A stretch of 61,505 nucleotides of DNA, the filler included, from Bipalium vagum (Eukaryota), in assembly GCA_037834085.1 (NCBI GenBank). It is 3 parts of 3 records of this genome, joined end to end, with 100 filler letters (N's around TTAATTAATTAA, not from the genome) between each part and the next. Parts side by side here need not be neighbours in the genome. Positions count along the whole stretch, not along the records: positions 1 to 29,305 come from JBBMKC010033219.1; 2 more parts are not named here. One strand, given 5' to 3'. Numbering within the stretch: position 1 is the first letter of the stretch; every line of letters begins with the position of its first letter. This document shows, in pieces, positions 1-12,965 of this stretch. A program made the position numbers and the translations under genes. The notes beneath the pieces are model-generated. The model saw only the letters and a program-made list of their open reading frames with translations. It ran no database searches and was not told the DNA's origin.

Positions 1-49
1 AAACTCTTTCAGTTATCTTTTGTTTTAGATTAATACCATTTTAAAATCC

Positions 50-73
50 CGGAGTGACTTATCGAACACCCTG
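50..73. mobile_element. Terminal inverted repeat of a Tc1/mariner-superfamily element that continues left of the window
   Basis: CTTATCGAACACCCTG followed by TA (74-75). The reverse complement TA-CAGGGTGTTCGATAAG is a typical CAGGGTG-type ITm terminus. Confidence 0.6.
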
Positions 74-75
74 TA

Positions 76-1328
76 TATGTTAACATACTTTCATTTTAAA
101 TATTTTAACAACAATAAAGACATAAAGTAGGTAATACTTTTTTATTTGAATAACTTAAATTTAAAAACATATACACTATGTAATTACATAATTTGACGCC
201 CGTTGATAGCTAATCAATGGCTTAATCGAGACAGTACATTTAAAATGCTCGCTGGCACATTCCAGTATCCACGTCATTACAAACATGACTGATTTTATCT
301 TTCAGCTCAGCAATTGTATGAGGTCTGTCTCTGTACATATTTTGTTTTAGATATCCAGACAAGAAGGTGGAGTTAGATTGTGCGAACAAGGAGGACACGC
401 AATTGGACCTCGTCTTCCAATCCAGCGATTTGGGAACTTTTTGTCTAGCCAGTTCCTGAATTTTTGCGAATAGTGCGCAGGTGCCCTATCGTGTTGTAAG
501 TACTTACAACCGCTTGTTATTCTAGGCCATAAAAACTTTTCCAGCATCTCCAGGTATGACTCACCAGTTACCGTATCTTCGAAGAAGTATGGCCCAATGA
601 TATATTGTGAACTTAAACCACACCATATCGTTATCCCGATGTTATAATCCAGAAATTGTTATTTTAGGGTTAGAGTTGGCCCAATAGCAGCAATTCTGGC
701 GGTTAACAACTCCATTGAGCATGAACTTACTCTCGTCTGACCATATTATCTTGTTGACCAAGTAAGAGTCATTTTGGAATTGTATCAATATTGTCTGACA
801 AAATTCCATTCTTCGATCAAAGTCGTCATCGCTGATCTCAATTACGGTTGACGGCTTAAATGAATGAAATCCTGCTTCATTAATTGCATAGAAATAACTG
901 CTTTCAGTCATGTCAAGTTCCCTAGCACCATGCTGAACTGAAAAATTGCTAGATTCTTCAACCAATTTTTTTACTCTTTGAATTGTTATCGCTGTTAATA
1001 CGAAAAGAGGTCGGCCCGATTTTACTTTGTCATGAACACTTCCAGTCTTCTTAAACTTTCCACTATTTTTTAAAATTGTTTGCCTATTTGATGGTGGAAT
1101 GATAAACTTGTTTTTCCAATGCCTAATTACTTCTTCAAAATTATCAAATTTAGAGTTCCATACAATAATTTGAATTCTTTCTGCCATCGAAAAACCCAAA
1201 GCCATTTTATTTTAAAATTAACTAAATGGACTATTAAACTTTTAATCCATATAAACAAATTAGTAATACCTTTATTTTTTAACTTGTAATTTAAAAATAG
1301 TATGTTAAAATACATAACAAACACCCTG
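76..1328 (-). mobile_element. Degenerate DD41D (rosa/visitor-type) Tc1/mariner transposon
   Basis: ORF 1205-642 (HTH, KSGRP, IIWSDESKFMLNGVVNRQN) and frameshifted ORF 547-347 (QHDRAPAH...[16 protein letters not shown]). The RWIGR-GP insert is typical of DD41D. The 5' TIR CAGGGTGTTTGTTATG ends at 1328, followed by TA. Confidence 0.85.
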
Positions 1329-1629
1329 TATAATCTAAATTCCTTTAAATAATGATTAGTTAAAATGGTATCTCTTTAAAAAATGAATAAATATTATGAG
1401 AATGATTATCAAAACAATAAATAAAAATAATTTAATTCTCATAAGACAAATCAACTTCTGATGATAAATATAACAGTATAAACCTTTTAGAGCAAATAAC
1501 AAAAACCAATGCAACAAATCACCATAATAAAAAATGCTATTATTAAAGGTGACGGTGGTTCAGAGTAGGAAGGGTGAGATTGGTGATTAGGGCTGGCACT
1601 GTTACCGGTAGTAGTAAGAATCAAAAATC

Positions 1630-1881
1630 CAAAATCAAAGTGCTTCAGGAAAACTAAATACAATTATCTAACTGATTCACATAAACAAGCCTCACAAGAA
1701 AAAAGTATATGCCTATGAAATTGATAAACAACAGCCTTTGGTGATGTGCTATGCAACTGTATCGTGGTATAGCCAAAACAGAGTTGCACTATATTGAAGG
1801 ATATGCTGCTGATTAAGAAGATCTACCTCAGTTCAAAAAGAAAATTGATGAAAAATCAAGAAAGCATGCCGCAGCTTACTG
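1630..1881 (+). mobile_element. Degenerate Tc1/mariner transposase fragment, probably the N-terminal part of the 2941-3412 remnant
   Basis: Hand translation with stops and frameshifts gives KCFRKTKYNYLTDSHKQA and PLVMCYATVSWY-KTELHYIEG, resembling the linker and VMVWAGISWxGKTxL motifs. Confidence 0.4.
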
Positions 1882-2940
1882 GTAATTTATTGCATAATGA
1901 TGGCAGTCAATCAGAGGCCAAGGCAGTACATCTTGGAAAGATTGAAAGATTATTCACAAAAATCTTGGAAAAGTCGTTTTTGGATTTTTTGAAATGCCAT
2001 CTGATGGATAATTTCGACTCAGAGGTAATTTTTGTTATTTTTTCTGGCATTCTATCCAGCAAATCTATGGACGCCAAATGTAATGATGAAAAAGGATTTT
2101 AAAAATGCCTCTGGATCATGATTTTTGCGAAATTCTGGTGAAGTGTTCTCAAGGTCGAGCAATCAGCTTGTTAGCGATGATAAGTAGATGAAGACCAATC
2201 GGGCGCCACCTGGATTGTCAGGATCGGTCGAGGAGAAGCTGTTCAATGTCGGTTCAACTCTAGATGAGTTTCTCAGTATCTTCACCAACTTTTTAGCGGT
2301 CAGAAATGACCCTTGCCCTCACTGTCAGAGAATTAAAAGTACTTCTACGACAACCACTCAATCAATTGGAATTTCTATTTATATAATATTAAAGTATTTA
2401 AGTCTAAGTTTTTTAAAATATTTTAATCAAATGCCTCTTGATTTGAAGTTAAGATTCAAAATTGTACTTTTAATGGCCAAATTCAACTCAACATGTGTTG
2501 TTAAACGGAAATTAAATGCCGAATAATTTTGCCGTAAAAGATGGGGTTTTCTGGTATAATCGAATAAGTGATGTGTGAGGCGAGTTGGTTCTTATGCTGT
2601 TGTGGTTCTTATTGGATTTTGTCTGTTTGTTTGGTAAGTTGAGTAATTCCCTATGCCGAAGATGGGCGAAGATCTGCGTAGCCAAGGAAGGGCGGAAAAG
2701 GGGGGTTAATTCTCTATTGTTTAAGCGCACCTCTCTCCTGCTGTTGAATGGCGAAAAATAGCAATGCCAGTGAAACGAGCCGATGACAGATGAACAACCA
2801 GATCAAAGCCAAATACAATCCAAAAGCAATAAAAAATCTTGATGGTAGTAAAGAAGAAAATAAATGAAATGATGCAAGCCAAAAATTAAAAATTAAGATG
2901 ACAGAAAAGAGTTTAATAAATCAAGTATTGATTTTTTTAG

Positions 2941-3412
2941 AAACTGTTAATAAGCATATATACAAAGATAAAATGTGCCACCAAATGTTTGAAGACATCA
3001 AGGAATGTATATGAAAACAGGATGGAGCAAAAGGTCACAAAGCTAGAAATATGATTTTACGGTTCAAAGACAATAATTTGGATTTCATCTAAACTAGTGA
3101 GTGGCTATCCAAAAGTCTTGAGCTAAATATGATGAAATTTTTCATTTGGGGTATACTTTTATATAAATTTCAGTTACAGCAGAGAGAATTCACTGTTATC
3201 AAATCATTAAAATGATTTGATAAATGAATGAAGCTTGGAACAGCATCTCAATTGAAATAAATAAAAAAAATCTACTACAACTTGGCTAGAACGTCTACGT
3301 TCGTATTGATCATATTGAACATCATTTATTGTGTTAATAAATTTTGCTAATAAAATTAATAATTTTTATCTTTTATAATTTAAACTTTTATTGTGTTTTG
3401 TTGGGCACCTTG
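2941..3412 (+). mobile_element. DD37D-like transposase C-terminal remnant with right terminus
   Basis: ETVNKHIY...KQDGAKGHKA...EWLSKSLELNMMKFFIWGIL, with 37 residues between the second D and the expected third acidic position. TIR-like TGTTGGGCACCTTG ends at 3412. Confidence 0.6.
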
Positions 3413-3841
3413 TTTTATATATGCCACTTAAATTTAATTCAATCTGAATAAATGTAAAGAAAAAGTTAAATTTATACATATCACAAAGTAATTATATTTA
3501 AATCGAATAAATATAAAAAGTCCATTAATCAATGAATATTAAAAATGATATCGGTACAATTATGAATTATATTTATTATTAAAATTGATAAGAAATAAAT
3601 TATTAAATCAAATTATATTCTAGTAATTAAAAATATCCGTAAATAAATTTTTTATAACTTTTAAAAAACATTCTTAATAAATTTTGTTTCTTTCATATTA
3701 AAATATTAATATATTTTTAAATCCAAAGGTTTACTTTCTTTTAATTAAGTCAAAATTTAAATTATATTGCATTGATTATCGCATTAATTTCGTCATGCAT
3801 TTTAAATATTTTACAAAATTGATTTCATATTTCTATTTTAG

Positions 3842-6800
3842 ATGACAAATGGAAATTATGATTGGGATGCATTTTATAACATTACTTTATTACAACAAAG
3901 TCGTAACAGAGAAGACCAAGAACGTTTAAATCAACTTTTGTATGCATTTGGTAGTGAAAATGGATGGAAAATTTGTGCATCGTTTCTTTTACGTGATAAT
4001 TCATTTAATGAGATATATAAGCAGACTAGCGATTTGAATATGAAAGATTTTTTTTGTTTCAGAGGCATTGAAGAATATATTAAATTATGGTAAATGATAT
4101 TTTAATATATTATCATTTTTACAAATAGTTTTCCAGGTATAAAAATACAAACAATGAAACCGTTGAACAAATTCACATTTTCATTTTGAAATTAATTGAA
4201 TTTTATATTACCAATAAGAATGAAAAAAAGGAAAACTTTTTGAGAAATAAATGTATTCATATTGCAACAAATATTGCAATTATCGATTACCCAACCCGGT
4301 GGACGTCTTTCTTTAAAGATTTCATATATATAATTCATAAAGGTAAACTTTATTACTTGCTTAAATTCCAAGTTCTTTTTATAAATTGATTATTTAAAAT
4401 AAATTAACGATTTATAATAAAGTACAAAGATATTTCTCACTGACATCTTTTTCTGAGGGAAAGTAACCCACATCATTATTTTTAGATTATGAATCGAAAA
4501 CAATTTCAACGGGCGATATTTTGGGGTTTGAGTTATTTTTCAAATTTCTAATCAGCTGGGATTCCGAAGTCTGTTCCAGGGAAATGCAGGTTAACGAATT
4601 TTTGGAAAGAAATACCAGAATCAAAGATTGGATGCGTGACCACGATATTGTCAACATTATAGAAATCGTTGCTTTCGTTATAGTAAGATTGTTATATTAA
4701 CATTTTGTGATTATTTTAATTTTCAGACAAATATTGGAATGAACAACACAAAACTTTTGAAAAAAGCTATAAAAGTAATATCTTTGTATATATCTTGGAT
4801 CGATATTCGATTGGTTGTAAACGACGCCATTCTGGATGGCATTCTGAAACCTCTGTTACCTAATATTGATTGCGAAGATAGCATCAAATCGGCATCGCTC
4901 TATTGTTTGATTTCAATTGTCAATAAAGGAATGTCGGACAGTCACAAACTGGAATTGATCGGGTTTTTGAATCAGAAATTGGCAAATACCGGAATTTGGC
5001 AATGGTTAGAAATGGTGAGGGATATTCCCGATGACATGGGTCAAGATTTCGGCTGTGACGAAGACGAGAACGAAAATTGCTTCTTTGTCACTTTTGGGTC
5101 ATTTATCAATTCACTGGGATTGAATTTGATCGATTGTTGCAAGTGATGATTTTTTTATTTTATAGACTTTTAATGGTCATTTTTCAATGGTTTGTTTCAG
5201 ATCGATGAGAGAATCAAAAACCGGGGACTTTGATGGCTGTATGAGAATGATACATAACAAGTTAAAATTGGCTTTCATTATTGTCAAGTCGAGAAATAAT
5301 ACAGTAGCTATGACATGTTTGCCACTTTTGCAGAGCTTTATCATGCTCTTGAAGTCCATTTACAAAGTGGAAACGAAAAAGATCCGACGGAATTCCTTGG
5401 CAAAGTCAGTTCAAATTACAGATGAAGAAGCTATGTTGGTTAAAGGATGTTTGTCATTGATGACGTCCAAGCTCCAATATCCCAGCTGGTATAATTTTGA
5501 AAAAGAAGTAATTTTATTCATTGTTTTATAATTATTTTTCCTTTATAAACTTTAAAATTGCAACCATGTTTTGTACTTAAAATAGTTTTCTTTGTAAAAT
5601 CGATCAAATATTGAATTATTCTAATATATATAAAATGGTAACAAATTATATATTAATCTACTTAATTGAATGATTGTGTGACTAGTAATCACATTTTGAT
5701 CTTATGTTTAATGAATTGATGAATTAAAGATTTTCAATTCAAAGTTTTTGTCGATATGATTTTTAAAAATCGATAAGTAATGAATACGTCGAATTTTTAA
5801 AATCAGGAATTATTTGGACACAAAACATCAATGGACATTTTTAAATTGATTTGAAAGATCGAATTTTAAAAAAACAATAATAATTAATTGTACTGAAGAT
5901 TGATAGATTTTTTTATTATTTTGATTGATAAGTGAGACGTAAATGGGAGAAGTGTTACGAGTGGTAATACAATAAATAGTTATTATTCCACCTGGTAGAT
6001 TTGGTGCATTATCGCTGATTTTGATTGGACGAGTATATTTCGCGGAATATTTTTAGGTATTCCATGATCAATAGAAAATCAATATCAATATTTGTTGATG
6101 ATTTTCTGTTTCCTACAATTTTTTTCCAAAACCTAAATTATATCTTTTTTGACAAATATTCTGATTTATTAATGTTTTAAATTCTTAAAATTTGAAATAT
6201 TTTTTATTTGACCATAAAGAAAAAAGGCAAAACATTGACTCCATTGTTACATTTAGGATGAAATGGAAGGAAATTTTCAAACGTTTCGACGTCAATTGAT
6301 GACCGTTTTGACCAATATTATCCAATTAGATGATGAGATTGTGTTGAAATATTTACTGGAGCTTTTGGAAAATGTCACCAAACACCTGGACAGCTTGGCC
6401 TTCCAAGATATTGAGATGGTGCTTGCGATGATTTATCATTTAGGCGAGTCTGTGAAAGTATACTTTTCTTATTCACTGAAATGTTTTTTGAACAAATTTT
6501 TCATTTCAGTCCGTAAAAGGCGATTATTTCTGCTCGGAATGCGAAATTTCCAAAAGTCTCAAAGAAATAATGCGCGTTCTGTGTTCCAGTGAAATTGGTC
6601 GACACAAAAATCCCGAAGTGCGGCTCATGTTTTTCGAAGTGGTGTTTCGATATGAAAAGTTTCTCAATTACAACCCAGAATATTTGATGGGCATTATTGT
6701 AAGTATTGATTTTGCACAGTGCCATTCATATATTTTTGTTTCCAGTCCCTGTTTTTATCCGAGCATGGTTTAAAGTGTAACGAAATGCGAGTTGTTACTC

Positions 6801-8620
6801 GTTGCGTGTATATATTGAGTCGATTGATTAAAACACACAAATCGAAATTCGGTAACGCCTCCGTTACCGTTCTCCATGAGATAACAACAATACTGCATAC
6901 GTCTTTCATGAACAATGAGATTTTGACTTGTGACAACCCGTCCACAGTTTCCGCTTACTCTTACCTTTTTGAAACAGCCTCATTGTTACTGGTTACCGTT
7001 GATGTCAAAGAGTGCCACCAGATCTTTCACAATCTCGTTCACACTATAGTTATGCATCTACCACAGCTTTGCGTTGAATGGTCGTCGGCTGCTGCTTCTG
7101 CCATTGCTTCGACCGACCCCGTTTTGCATTCTCAAAACATAAACAACATCAAAGCCAACCGTTCCGCTTTCAGTATCCACTCGGCGGCCACCTACGTCAA
7201 TTATGCTTGTCGCGCTTTCAGCGGCTCGTTTTCCATGAGCGGACTCAATTGTCTTGACGTCTTCATGAACGCTCTAGACGCTTTCATTGTAAATATTCAG
7301 ATTGCGTTCAACAACATCAAACACCCGTTGGCTGTCGGTCGTGAGAAAATAAATTCTGGGCTTCGATCTCTCATACATATTTTATGTAAAGCGGCCCAAT
7401 CAGATTCTCTGGCCATTTCCGCAATTCTTCAGCGGTTGCCTCATGCAATTGAACTGTTTCTGTCCCACTTGTCCCTAAATGTGCACGGGCTCTGGGCGTT
7501 CTGTTCGGAACTCGAGGAAATCATTCCCCTATTCATGCAGATAATCAATGGTTTCAAAAATCAGAGTATCGATTTCTTGAAATCATCTCTGTGGACGCTA
7601 TTCAATATTAGCAACAATGCCATCAAAGCATCGGGTGTTGTTGATTACAACTCAAATGAATTATCTGAACAGGAAATCGATGAGAAAGTTCGCCAACTGA
7701 AACGGTTGTATTTGCAATTGGTTTCATGTGATGTCAACCTCGTTTTCATTGTATTGACCAGTGAGCAAATTGTTCAACTTTTATCGTCTTGCACTCAACT
7801 CATCCACAATGTGGAACATATCGATCCAATCTCCATTAAGCTCTGCGTGCAGATCTTTACAAAAACCGTCACAATTGTTCTGCCCACAGTAACCCATTTG
7901 GATCAGCAGACCAAAGAAACTATTTTATATCAACTGATTTACAAACAGTTATTGCCATTGATTATTTATTTGCCTTCATGTGTAAATTTCAATCTGGGAG
8001 ACGCACAGTTCCATTTGACTCTGGTTGAAATGGCCAATTTTCAACGTTCCCTGTTTTTGAACGGAGTAAGTTTTGATTTTCTTTTTTGGTATTTAGTAAA
8101 ATATGACAATTGGAGTGTGAGGTGCTGGAGAAGACGGCCATTAGGATCCATAATAAGTTTTCACATTTGAATTTTATTTAATTAAAGATACCTAATAAAA
8201 ACATCAGATTTTATTTCCATGATACTGGAAATTTATATCAGTCCAGGATGATATGAAGTGAAATAACAATAATTATAGAATTTTTAAAAATCAGTAGTAA
8301 TTTTGTAAAAAATCTAACTCAACAAATATCAATTTCTAAATATTTTTAATCAATTTTTTTATGAAGATTAAAAAATATAATTTATCGATTAAAATTTTAA
8401 AAATTTTATTTTTTTAGGGCAATCAATTTATCCAATATCTCCAAATCCAATGTTTACCAGAATTACATTTTCATTCTGATCTAATTTTGCAGTATTGTCA
8501 GGGACTTAATCAACCAGAAAAAGATTACCAATCATTCCTCAAAGTAAGAGATTTTTGATGCTACGGAACCTCCTATTGCTTTACTTTTAGAACTTTTACT
8601 TACATGCGAAGCACAAATGA
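3842..8620 (+). CDS. XPOT: Exportin-T (tRNA exportin, importin-beta family), 10 coding exons, ~1079 aa
   Basis: Exons 3842-4089, 4137-4342, 4486-4682, 4727-5142, 5201-5507, 6257-6457, 6510-6698, 6746-8065, 8418-8543 and 8591-8620. All introns are GT-AG and the frame is continuous (3240 nt). Motifs match exportin-T: FFCF, FLRNK..YPTRWTSFF, RNTRIKDWMR, YISWIDIRLVVND, IVNKGM, FRRQL, FFEVVFRYEKF, FIQYLQIQCLP..YCQGL. An AG directly before the ATG suggests a 5'UTR intron. AATAAA at ~8723. Confidence 0.93.
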
Positions 8621-9629
8621 CGATAGCGAAGAAGAGTTCATGTGTGATATGTTATTGAAGCTGCTTTGGCTGCTCTCTTATTCAATGAGATGGTGATGAT
8701 ATTGAAAATGGCTTATTAAAATAATAAAAAAGATTATTAATTTTCATTGTGGACTATTCAATTTTTTTCGATGTAATGCGAAATGATTTGTAAAATGCGA
8801 ATAAAATTGATTTTTTTGTGGAAAACCATTACATTTGTAAATATTGATTTTATGGGTCTTGTGAAGGAAATTTGGAATATAATACTTTTTCGTTAATTTT
8901 TTATGAATTGTGAAAAATATATTTCCCCGCAATAGTATTCGGTATAGGTATGTTTTTTGAATGACGGAAAACTAAGTTTTTTAAAACTTTCTGGTTGAAA
9001 TTCATTAAGTTCAAATTTCTAAACTGCAGAATAACGAAAAAGATAAATCTGCCAAAACATTTCAGATAAATTATGAAGTTAAGAATCTAAATACAGGAAC
9101 AAAATATAAATTAAAATATTATCTAGACGCAGTCAGGTGTACAGAAAACCTGAGAAGTGAAAATTATAATTTTTATGGCACGCGACATACAAAATTGTAA
9201 GGGTAAATTAAAATGATTGCAATTTAAATAACAAAAAACATCGAAGTTCCTCAAATAAGAACAACAATTAACTCATCACCCTACTTAGTGTGTGAGTTAA
9301 GAACAAAAAAGAAAAAAGAACAGAAATCAAAAAATTATATGATTCTCAGGTTCTAGCCTGAGTATTTATTTACTATATTTTGGAATTAAACTTTGTTTTG
9401 GCCACAAAACAAGTTTAATGAGGGTAATTTAATAATATACATATAAATATGTATATAAATTTATAAAATATAATATATAAAAAAATAATATAATATTTAA
9501 TATATATAATTCACGAACTAAAAATTAATATTATTATCAAAATTACACAAAATATTAAGCGTTTCATAATTTTCAAAATCACATATATATATACAAATAT
9601 TTTATCACAAAAATGTTTGATATTTTTAT

Positions 9630-10709
9630 GTGCGTCCGCTATTTGAGGACAAAAATTTATATTAAAAGTAAGTAATATTTTTAATGAAAGGAATGTATAT
9701 TTTTAAGCAATATTAGAAACTTTATTTGTTTTAAATACACAAGATTTATTTATTCAATAAAATCGCATTCAGTGTCAATTACAGCTTCAATACGGTTTCT
9801 GAAAAGCTTACAAGCCGCGATCAAATGGTTTTTGTTCATATTTATCATAGCAGAACTTATAGAAGCCCGTAATGAATCTTTGGTATTATGAGGATGTTTG
9901 TTCGTCTCCTTCTCTACGACACCCCATACGAAATAGTCCAAATGATTTAAGTCGGGTGAGCTAGGTAGCCATAAGTCTGGAGTGACATGGTCGTTAAAAT
10001 TTAGCGATAGCCATTTTTGTGTTTTTAATACTGTATGACAGGGAGCTGAGTCTTGTTGGAACACATAAGGCCTTCCGTAGGCAACCCTTTCAACCCAGGG
10101 CTTCAAATATGTATCCAGACACTCGATATAAAGAGATATATTAATTCTAAGTTCTTTTGAGCGGATTAAACGAATTTCTTTGCTTTTTGTCGATACAAAA
10201 TGTCATCATCTCATGACGTAGGACTTGCATTTTAAATCATTGTGCACCGTTCGTCTTACTGTTGACTCAGAAGCCGATAGTCAATGGGCAATTTCTCTCA
10301 TTGATGTTCCAGAACTTTCATGAACAACATCCTGGACCTTTTGAACAAAATTATTAATAATAACATTTCTGATAATGTCTGAACGTGAGGAATGTGTTTT
10401 TCTATTAGATATAGAAGAAAAATTTCGATCAGATGCCAAACATTTCTTTCTAATTTTATTGACAAACAACCTGGCCACATTAAGAAAATTGGAAATTTCT
10501 AGGTCACTATGTCAGGTGGCTAATGCAGCAATACTTGCATGCCTTTTCGTTTCGTGTGTTAATTCAAAAGTAATCTCTTCCTTTTCTAAATTAAAAAATA
10601 GTTATTGAATGTTGTATCAATAAATATTGCAAATCAATCTTAGCGCAACTAAAAAAAATATCATGATATATTTTAACAATTTTTGTCCTCAAATAGCTGA
10701 CGCACCCTG
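9630..10709 (-). mobile_element. DD37D/maT (Bmmar1-like) transposon, internally deleted
   Basis: ORF 10106-9750 with FQQDSAPCH...WLPSSPDLNHLDYFVWG. TIRs are GTGCGTCCGCTATTTGAGGACAAAAAT (9630) and ATTTTTGTCCTCAAATAGCTGACGCACCCTG+TA (ends 10709). Confidence 0.88.
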
Positions 10710-10711
10710 TA

Positions 10712-11400
10712 TATATATAAATGTTTTCAACACAAAAATGTTTATGCTCAGTTGGTTGATGGACTGGTGGATATTGAGGGAACCAATTGAGGGAACCATT
10801 GAAGGATTGTTTAAAGGGCTTGCTGCTGGGAGTCTCCACATTACAACATGTTTCAACTTGTCAGAACCAGAAAATTTTATGCAAAGCATAATAGAAAATT
10901 GTGAAGATTTTTGATGCAAAAATGACTCCTTCAATCTCCATTATGTCAATCCAAGATTTCATTTTAATTTCCAAATATGGATATGTAACCTTTGACATCT
11001 TTTTCAAACCTGAGGTTTTAAAGTCATCAATATGGTTGATATTATCTGAATTATTTAATAAATTATTAACTGTTCGTCCTTTGACAGGAACTTTAAAATT
11101 AGATGAAAATCTTTGCACGATTACTTCATCACTTACTCTATTATTATTTTTTTTTGTAATTTTTGGTCCAATATTAAATTCGTGTGCTTATTTGGTGTGG
11201 CCATATTTTTGGAAATCTAAAAATATTAAATGATGTAATTTATTTAGTAAATTAATTTTTGAAACAAAATTTTTAAAATTCTAAGTAATACAGCATGGAA
11301 AATAATAGAATTTGGCAATTAACAGAATATTTCATAGATTAAGCCTATAATAATAATTTTTTGCAAGTAGCTGAATTGGCAATTAAGAGAACATTTACAT
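10712..11400 (-). mobile_element. pogo/Tigger (CENP-B-like HTH) transposase 5' remnant
   Basis: ORF 11118-10861 with KVTYPYLEIKMKSWI, similar to the Tc5/CENP-B HTH. The reading stops at ENIY just before the expected DETG, where the maT element begins. The subterminal motif TTGGCAATTAA occurs twice (~11312, ~11376). Confidence 0.6.
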
Positions 11401-11440
11401 TACTTGTATAATTTTGAATTTGTGCTGATAAATAAAAATA

Positions 11441-12050
11441 CAGTCAACCCCTCTAATTTACCACCCTCTCAAACTTTCACCTGTATATTTTTAGCACCAT
11501 CTAAAACATAACACTAAATATAAAATTCAATAAATTAGACGCAAACTCTTTAAAATAAAGCATTTTATTTATTTAATTAGTAATTTTTAAAGTACTTTTT
11601 GAAATGTGTGTTAAGTAAATTTTTTTAAACATACTTTAAGCATTACTTTTAACTTCGTTTATAGAAAAGTGAATAAATCAATATCAATAAAGGAAAAAGT
11701 AGAGATTGCTAGACATAAAATTCATCCCCAATGCAAAACATACAAGTGTCCTGAACATTTTCAAGACAATTTAAAAAACAGATTAATGGGCGAGGCCTCA
11801 TTAATTATATTAAAGATAGATTAACAATTTTTGAAAACAGGACATTCAGCTAATACCAAAATTGTAGCAAGCCTAATTTTCAAATTATAGACGAGAAAAC
11901 GAGTCTATGATTTCAAATACTAGAAGCACAAGAAGTATGCTATAATGAAATTTTTTTGAAATTCCAGATTAAGATCATTTACTCAATATGATTGAAGTGT
12001 CATATCCCGCATCACAACAATATATACTGGAGATGAAAACCGATGAAAAT
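11441..12050 (+). mobile_element. Second pogo/Tigger-like remnant
   Basis: TA-CAGTCAACCCCTCTAATT pogo-type terminus. Degenerate SISIKEKVEIARHKIHP and KPNFQIIDEKTSL*FQILEAQEV parallel the neighbouring minus-strand remnant. Confidence 0.5.
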
Positions 12051-12965
12051 TAGCTTATGGATTAACGAGTCCTCTTTAATTCAAGCAGATAACATGAATC
12101 TTATGACTCTAGACGAAAATTCTCACCTAGAAGAGACTGTTTTGAAATTAAATCAAGTTCTTATTTCGAAGAAGTTTTTCATTCATATGAAAAGGTGAAA
12201 AAAATTTTATTAAATCAAATAAATGTTTTTATGATTGAGAAATTGAGAAATTTATATATTCCAAAAAAATTAAAGTGTTTTTTTAATAAAATTTGATCTG
12301 TATTTCTATTTATTCTGAAGTTTCATTTCCATTTATTATTTTAATATTAAGAAGTTTTTAAATTAGCATAATGATCATGCAACTTTATTTTATTATGTAA
12401 TGACAATGGTTACCTCTTATTTTCAACTCCATCAATTTTACCGCATTTAAGGACGGTGGAGAAATGATTAATTTTGAAAGTAAAATAAAAATTGGACAAT
12501 AATATAATTTTTTATATTTTATAAAGTTGTTATTTTTATAGGAAATAATTTTTTCCAAAAAGCTTTTATATTTTGGTTCCATTATTTTTAAAAAATGGAT
12601 GATAAATATTACTGTGATATTTAAAAAAAATATTTATTTAAGTGTAATAAAAGAAAATATGATAAAACAAAAATTCATATTAATAATTATTTAAAAGTTA
12701 AACAAATAACAATATTAAGGAATGAAAGGATAAGAAGAAGAAAAGATAAAAAATTGAAAAGGAAAAATTAGAAGATTACATAAATGGAAGAAAGGAAGAC
12801 TTAACTCAAAAAATTAGTGATTTAATGAATAAAATAAATAGTGAAAAAAGATTTTGTAAATAAAATAATGAAAGTAAATCAAAAAGAACAATATAAACGT
12901 TTTTTATAATGAAAATGAAAAAGAAACTAATAGATTAAATAATAAAATTAGGGAATTGAAAAAAA

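Noticed and set aside
4425-4485. Hairpin plus ACA in XPOT intron 2 as an H/ACA snoRNA
   Set aside because: A single weak hairpin, with no second hairpin or clear H box.
6719-8170. 483-aa ORF as a standalone novel gene
   Set aside because: It is XPOT exon 8 plus read-through into the flanking introns.
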